Origin: a virus
Direction: 5' to 3' (one strand)
Length of the DNA stretch: 64,000 bases
IMG/VR virus record: IMGVR_UViG_3300028883_000041
Span: 1-64,000 of that record
Of this stretch, positions 60,331 through 64,000 are shown one piece after another; position 1 is the first letter of the stretch; each line of letters starts with the position of its first letter. Below the pieces are notes generated by a model. The model did no database searches, had not been told where the DNA came from, and saw only the letters and a list, made by a program, of their open reading frames with translations. The position numbers were made by a program, and so were the translations under genes.

Positions 60331-60332
60331 AG

Positions 60333-61190
60333 TTAAACACCATCTCCAGCAAGGTTCATCCCTTGTACCCAACCACTATAAATGGTCTGGTCGCTTGTTA
60401 CATATATCCTACCACTATCAACAAAGATTGCTGCTTGATTAAGAGTAACTCTGTTAGAACTAAGAGGAAAGCTTCTGGCATAATAAGGTTTAGAACCAGA
60501 ACTCCTATCGATAATAACGACTGGAGCTTGGTCATATGCCAATTTCAGTATGTTCTTTAAATTATTAACTTTATCTTCATACATTCTAAACAGTTCTCCC
60601 ATAGACATACCTTCTCCCCAAAGTTTGGTTTGAACTCCTAATTCTCCAAGATTATAACTAAACCCTCCTTGGATAGCATTAGAACTGTTTAATGCTAATA
60701 TCGAATATTTGACAGCAATAGCATATACTAATAAAATAGCAAGTTGTTCAACGGTATCAGTTGTTGTTAAATCATAATCCCATGTCATATCAAATTCATG
60801 ATTGACTTCTTGTTTTGCTGACTCTAATTCCATCAATATTTGACTATTAGTAAGTCCAGCTTCATAACGATAGGTACATCTTACCTTCTCACCTATCACA
60901 ACATTTGCACCAGAAGCAAGAATAACTTGTCCAGTGTTCTCAGTAAAATCAGAACCACTGGTTGTATTATAATAATTACTACCAGAATGTGTCAAATCTG
61001 TATGTTCCCAAATTCCAGCAACACCTCCAAGGGGAACATTAAAAACATATATCTCATACCCACTTGAACCAGAAAAAACTACTTGTAATTCATCTTCAAT
61101 AGTCGGACTTTGCACTACCCCAGCTTGTGTTAACATATCCCTTACGTTGCTAATATGGTCAGCGTTTTCTGTCGTGCTTAAGAAACTCAT
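60333..61190 (-). CDS. Putative head-tail adaptor
   Basis: GFSYNLGELGVQ...YEDKVNNL adaptor-like tail; SG[ST] motifs; shares promoter with sheath. Confidence 0.5.
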   Translation of the reverse strand: MSFLSTTENADHISNVRDMLTQAGVVQSPTIEDELQVVFSGSSGYEIYVFNVPLGGVAGIWEHTDLTHSGSNYYNTTSGSDFTENTGQVILASGANVVIGEKVRCTYRYEAGLTNSQILMELESAKQEVNHEFDMTWDYDLTTTDTVEQLAILLVYAIAVKYSILALNSSNAIQGGFSYNLGELGVQTKLWGEGMSMGELFRMYEDKVNNLKNILKLAYDQAPVVIIDRSSGSKPYYARSFPLSSNRVTLNQAAIFVDSGRIYVTSDQTIYSGWVQGMNLAGDGV

Positions 61191-61229
61191 TAAGCTAACT
61201 ACTACATAATGAGTAAAAAAGGGTTTTGG

Positions 61230-62213
61230 TTAAATTCTTGTTTTTCCGTTGACTTCAAAACCACAGTTTTTGAACGTAACTTTTCCACCATTTAACCAAG
61301 TAATAACCTTATCAAAATCATTTTCATCAACATTCATGACAGATACCTTATCATTAGCATCAATCATAGCAAGACCTCTTCCAGCAATAATAAAATTCCA
61401 TGGTCTAATATCTGTAGCATGTTCATATTTCAAATCTCTAAGTAACTTTTCTATGTTAGCAACATATGGAAAAGTTCCATTGAACACCATAAAAGTATAA
61501 AGATTTATACCTTTAATCCATACTCTTTTTCTACCATCTTGATGATGATAATGTTTATGTTTCCATGAAGACTCAATACCAACCTTACTTCTTAGATGAG
61601 GAGGACAGTTGTAATATCTTTTCTTCATTCCATTCTTAATAGTAGTTATCATATAGATAGGTCTTTTTCCCCCTTTGGTAACATGAGAGTCTCCTTCTCC
61701 TATTTGTTCTACTTTACCATAGAATAAATCTGGATTTATCTTAACAACTTTATGAGGATTACAAGCATTGGTAGTATTAGGAAGCTCAATAATTAGCCTA
61801 TCTCCAAGAGCAGACATTTCATTAACAACATCATTAGGGTCTCCATCTATATGATGAACTACACTCATTGCTAACACTACATCAAAATGTTCTATCTCAG
61901 ACAAAACTTTAATTTTGTATAAATCCATATGGGTTTGTAACAATATGATATTATTCAAATCGTTTCTTACAGCAAGATTTTGTAATTGTTTTCCATAGAA
62001 ATTTGGAGACTCAATCATAACTACAGAACTCATTGGATAATCTTCTGCTATCCTAAATGAGAAGTAACCAAGATTAGCACCTATGTCTAACACAGTAAAA
62101 CTCCTCTCAAACTTATCAAGAACCTTTTTTATTACTTGATACCTTTTCTCACACTCTCTTACACCTTTCTTTTCCAATTTTCCTTTAACCCATATATCTT
62201 GATATTGTTCCAT
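61230..62213 (-). CDS. WbdD-like SAM methyltransferase with C-terminal kinase-like motifs
   Basis: YQDIW...RECEKR, VLDIGANLGYFS, FDVVLAMSVVHHI, HATDIRPWNF...MID. Confidence 0.75.
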   Translation of the reverse strand: MEQYQDIWVKGKLEKKGVRECEKRYQVIKKVLDKFERSFTVLDIGANLGYFSFRIAEDYPMSSVVMIESPNFYGKQLQNLAVRNDLNNIILLQTHMDLYKIKVLSEIEHFDVVLAMSVVHHIDGDPNDVVNEMSALGDRLIIELPNTTNACNPHKVVKINPDLFYGKVEQIGEGDSHVTKGGKRPIYMITTIKNGMKKRYYNCPPHLRSKVGIESSWKHKHYHHQDGRKRVWIKGINLYTFMVFNGTFPYVANIEKLLRDLKYEHATDIRPWNFIIAGRGLAMIDANDKVSVMNVDENDFDKVITWLNGGKVTFKNCGFEVNGKTRI

Positions 62214-62971
62214 TATATTCCTAACTCCTTATACCATGTTTTTATGTTCTCACCAGCAATAATATCTGCTTTTGTTCTCATTTCATCAGTCCAGTTTTCT
62301 ATTGAAGGATAGATATACTTATTAGCCCAGCTATCATATTTCTTTATAATCAAATCACTGAAATCATAATCTATACCTATAAAAATGTTAAATAATAACA
62401 TATCAGTGTAAGGAGGATTGAACATATCTTCCATCTTTAATAACATCATAGGTATAGTCTTTGCAAACTCTTGAGCAACATTTAAATATTTATTCCATAT
62501 CCAAAGAGCTTTCATAAATGCTTGTTTTTTAGTTCTATCTCCTTTTTTCCACCACTGTGTTGCTGGGTCATCTTTAAACAGAAACGGACTTAATCTATCT
62601 GTTACTATACTTTCTTCTGTGTTCTTAGTAGTATATCTTGTAGCAAATGAACGGACAAAATCTACTGGATTTCTTATGATATAAACAATCTTAGATTCTG
62701 GATAACAATCATGAATAATATCAACGATTGGTGTAAAAGCCCAGTTACTCTCAAAGTAATGTTCTGCATTTCCTCTTATCTTTTCTGTTCTATCCTTAAA
62801 GATTTTAGATAACTCATCTCTTGTTATCTCTCCTTTGTAATATGAAACTATATTATGTCTCAGTCTTGGATGTGGTTCATGTTTTCCAAGATAATGAGTG
62901 TTCTTATTAATGTTATGTGCTAACCAACCAGTACCAGTTCTACCAGTCGATACCACAAATACTTCTACCAT
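62213..62971 (-). CDS. PAPS-dependent sulfotransferase-like protein
   Basis: VFVVSTGRTGTGWL (5'-PSB loop), HEP, KIVYIIRNPVDFVRS (3'-PB motif). Confidence 0.82.
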   Translation of the reverse strand: MVEVFVVSTGRTGTGWLAHNINKNTHYLGKHEPHPRLRHNIVSYYKGEITRDELSKIFKDRTEKIRGNAEHYFESNWAFTPIVDIIHDCYPESKIVYIIRNPVDFVRSFATRYTTKNTEESIVTDRLSPFLFKDDPATQWWKKGDRTKKQAFMKALWIWNKYLNVAQEFAKTIPMMLLKMEDMFNPPYTDMLLFNIFIGIDYDFSDLIIKKYDSWANKYIYPSIENWTDEMRTKADIIAGENIKTWYKELGI

Positions 62972-62990
62972 TTTTTACACCTTTAATTTA

Positions 62991-63644
62991 TTATTTTACG
63001 AATACTTCAATCATAGACAACCTATTTAGAAGGTGAGGACTATCTACCCAATATGGTTTCATATCAACTATTCTATAATCATGTCCCCACTTGTGACAGA
63101 TTTCTTTCATATCTTTTTCAGAATAAAAGAAACTTAAAGGAGGTTTAAAAAAGCCCCATGGTTTGGTCTTTTTACCTATCCACACAGTAACAAATACTTT
63201 TGTTGTAGGCTTCATAATCTTCCATAGATTCTGGATAAATTCTTCAAACATAGCAATAGGATTGTGGTTCAATACAGACACCGCTATAATGTAATCTACT
63301 TTTGGTAGATAATCAAAGCCGAAATCAGTATTAATATAAAACTCTGCTATCTCTTGCTTATTTCCTACTAATACCTTTCCAGCTTCTATGGCTTCTGGAC
63401 ATATATCTACACCTACATAACTTCTACAACCATAGTCATATACCTTATCTAATAATGGTAAAGTCCCACAACCCAAATCTAACAGAGAGTGTTCTGGTTT
63501 AAAACCATTATCTTTTAACAACTGTAAAATCTTCTTAGAACCAACATCCCATGAATAAGTTGATGTTCCAGCAGACTTGGGGTCTATTGCAACTTGCTCC
63601 TTCATGAATTCAGCATAATTATTTATGTGCTCATCATGTGTCAT
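62991..63644 (-). CDS. Class I SAM-dependent methyltransferase
   Basis: LLDLGCG, YVGVDI, DYIIAVSVLNH. Confidence 0.85.
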   Translation of the reverse strand: MTHDEHINNYAEFMKEQVAIDPKSAGTSTYSWDVGSKKILQLLKDNGFKPEHSLLDLGCGTLPLLDKVYDYGCRSYVGVDICPEAIEAGKVLVGNKQEIAEFYINTDFGFDYLPKVDYIIAVSVLNHNPIAMFEEFIQNLWKIMKPTTKVFVTVWIGKKTKPWGFFKPPLSFFYSEKDMKEICHKWGHDYRIVDMKPYWVDSPHLLNRLSMIEVFVK

Positions 63645-63682
63645 GATAACATTTAAATATTTCTAACTTTATTAATCTTTTG

Positions 63683-64000
63683 ATGACTAAACTTAAGATA
63701 GCAGTACCAGCTATACATAAATCACGATTAAGACAAATAGCACGAACTGGTCATGAGATATATTACTTTGATGACGATAGAGAAGTAGAAAAGGGTTATA
63801 ACTCAATATTCGATGAGTTCACCAAAGAATTAAACAACATAGAATTCATAGCAAAAAACGATTTTGTTAATAACCCAACAAAATATGATTTAATAATATT
63901 GCCTAATCAAGCATCTATGCATGAGTTTAGTAGTTATAGTAATTTGCCTAAAGCTTTTATTTGGACTAATGTATGTGATATAAATGATAAGGTAAAAAAG
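63683..64000 (+). CDS. Partial ORF, possible glycosyltransferase N-terminus
   Basis: MTKLKIAV...ARTGHEIYYF...YDLIIL, open to the window end; GT-B-like start. Confidence 0.5.
   Translation, partial: MTKLKIAVPAIHKSRLRQIARTGHEIYYFDDDREVEKGYNSIFDEFTKELNNIEFIAKNDFVNNPTKYDLIILPNQASMHEFSSYSNLPKAFIWTNVCDINDKVKK

Overview
AT-rich segment of a large tailed dsDNA virus of archaea (Caudoviricetes, contractile tail). No cellular housekeeping genes, rRNA, tRNA, CRISPR array or integrase were seen. Layout: (1) 1-15 kb, tightly packed small early/accessory ORFs (zinc fingers, an Ocr-like acidic protein, a SemiSWEET transporter, HTH regulators) behind archaeal BRE+TATA promoters. (2) 15.9-34 kb, replication and recombination: a PolB1-like polymerase with a PIP box, a beta-class N4/N6 DNA methyltransferase, a 1192-aa primase/Fe-S/SF2-helicase fusion, an SSB-like protein, a Sak4-like ATPase, a Cas4-like nuclease, an SF2 helicase and a membrane-anchored receiver-domain protein. 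(3) 34.3-36.6 kb, terminase. (4) 36.6-61 kb, tail, baseplate and neck genes, interleaved with (5) a glycan-building cluster (two GT4 enzymes, a WbdD-like methyltransferase/kinase, a sulfotransferase, a SAM methyltransferase and a partial GT-like ORF). The most striking signal is a Ser-Gly-(Ser/Thr/Ala) motif strongly enriched in predicted outer virion proteins but rare in buried or non-structural proteins. Together with the glycan enzymes, this suggests a virus-encoded, proteoglycan-like sulfated/methylated O-glycan coat. GATC, CAGG/CCTG and CTAG appear strongly avoided. A TACK or Asgard host is inferred, not shown. Capsid and portal genes are not in this window. All family assignments come from motif recognition by eye, not from database searches.
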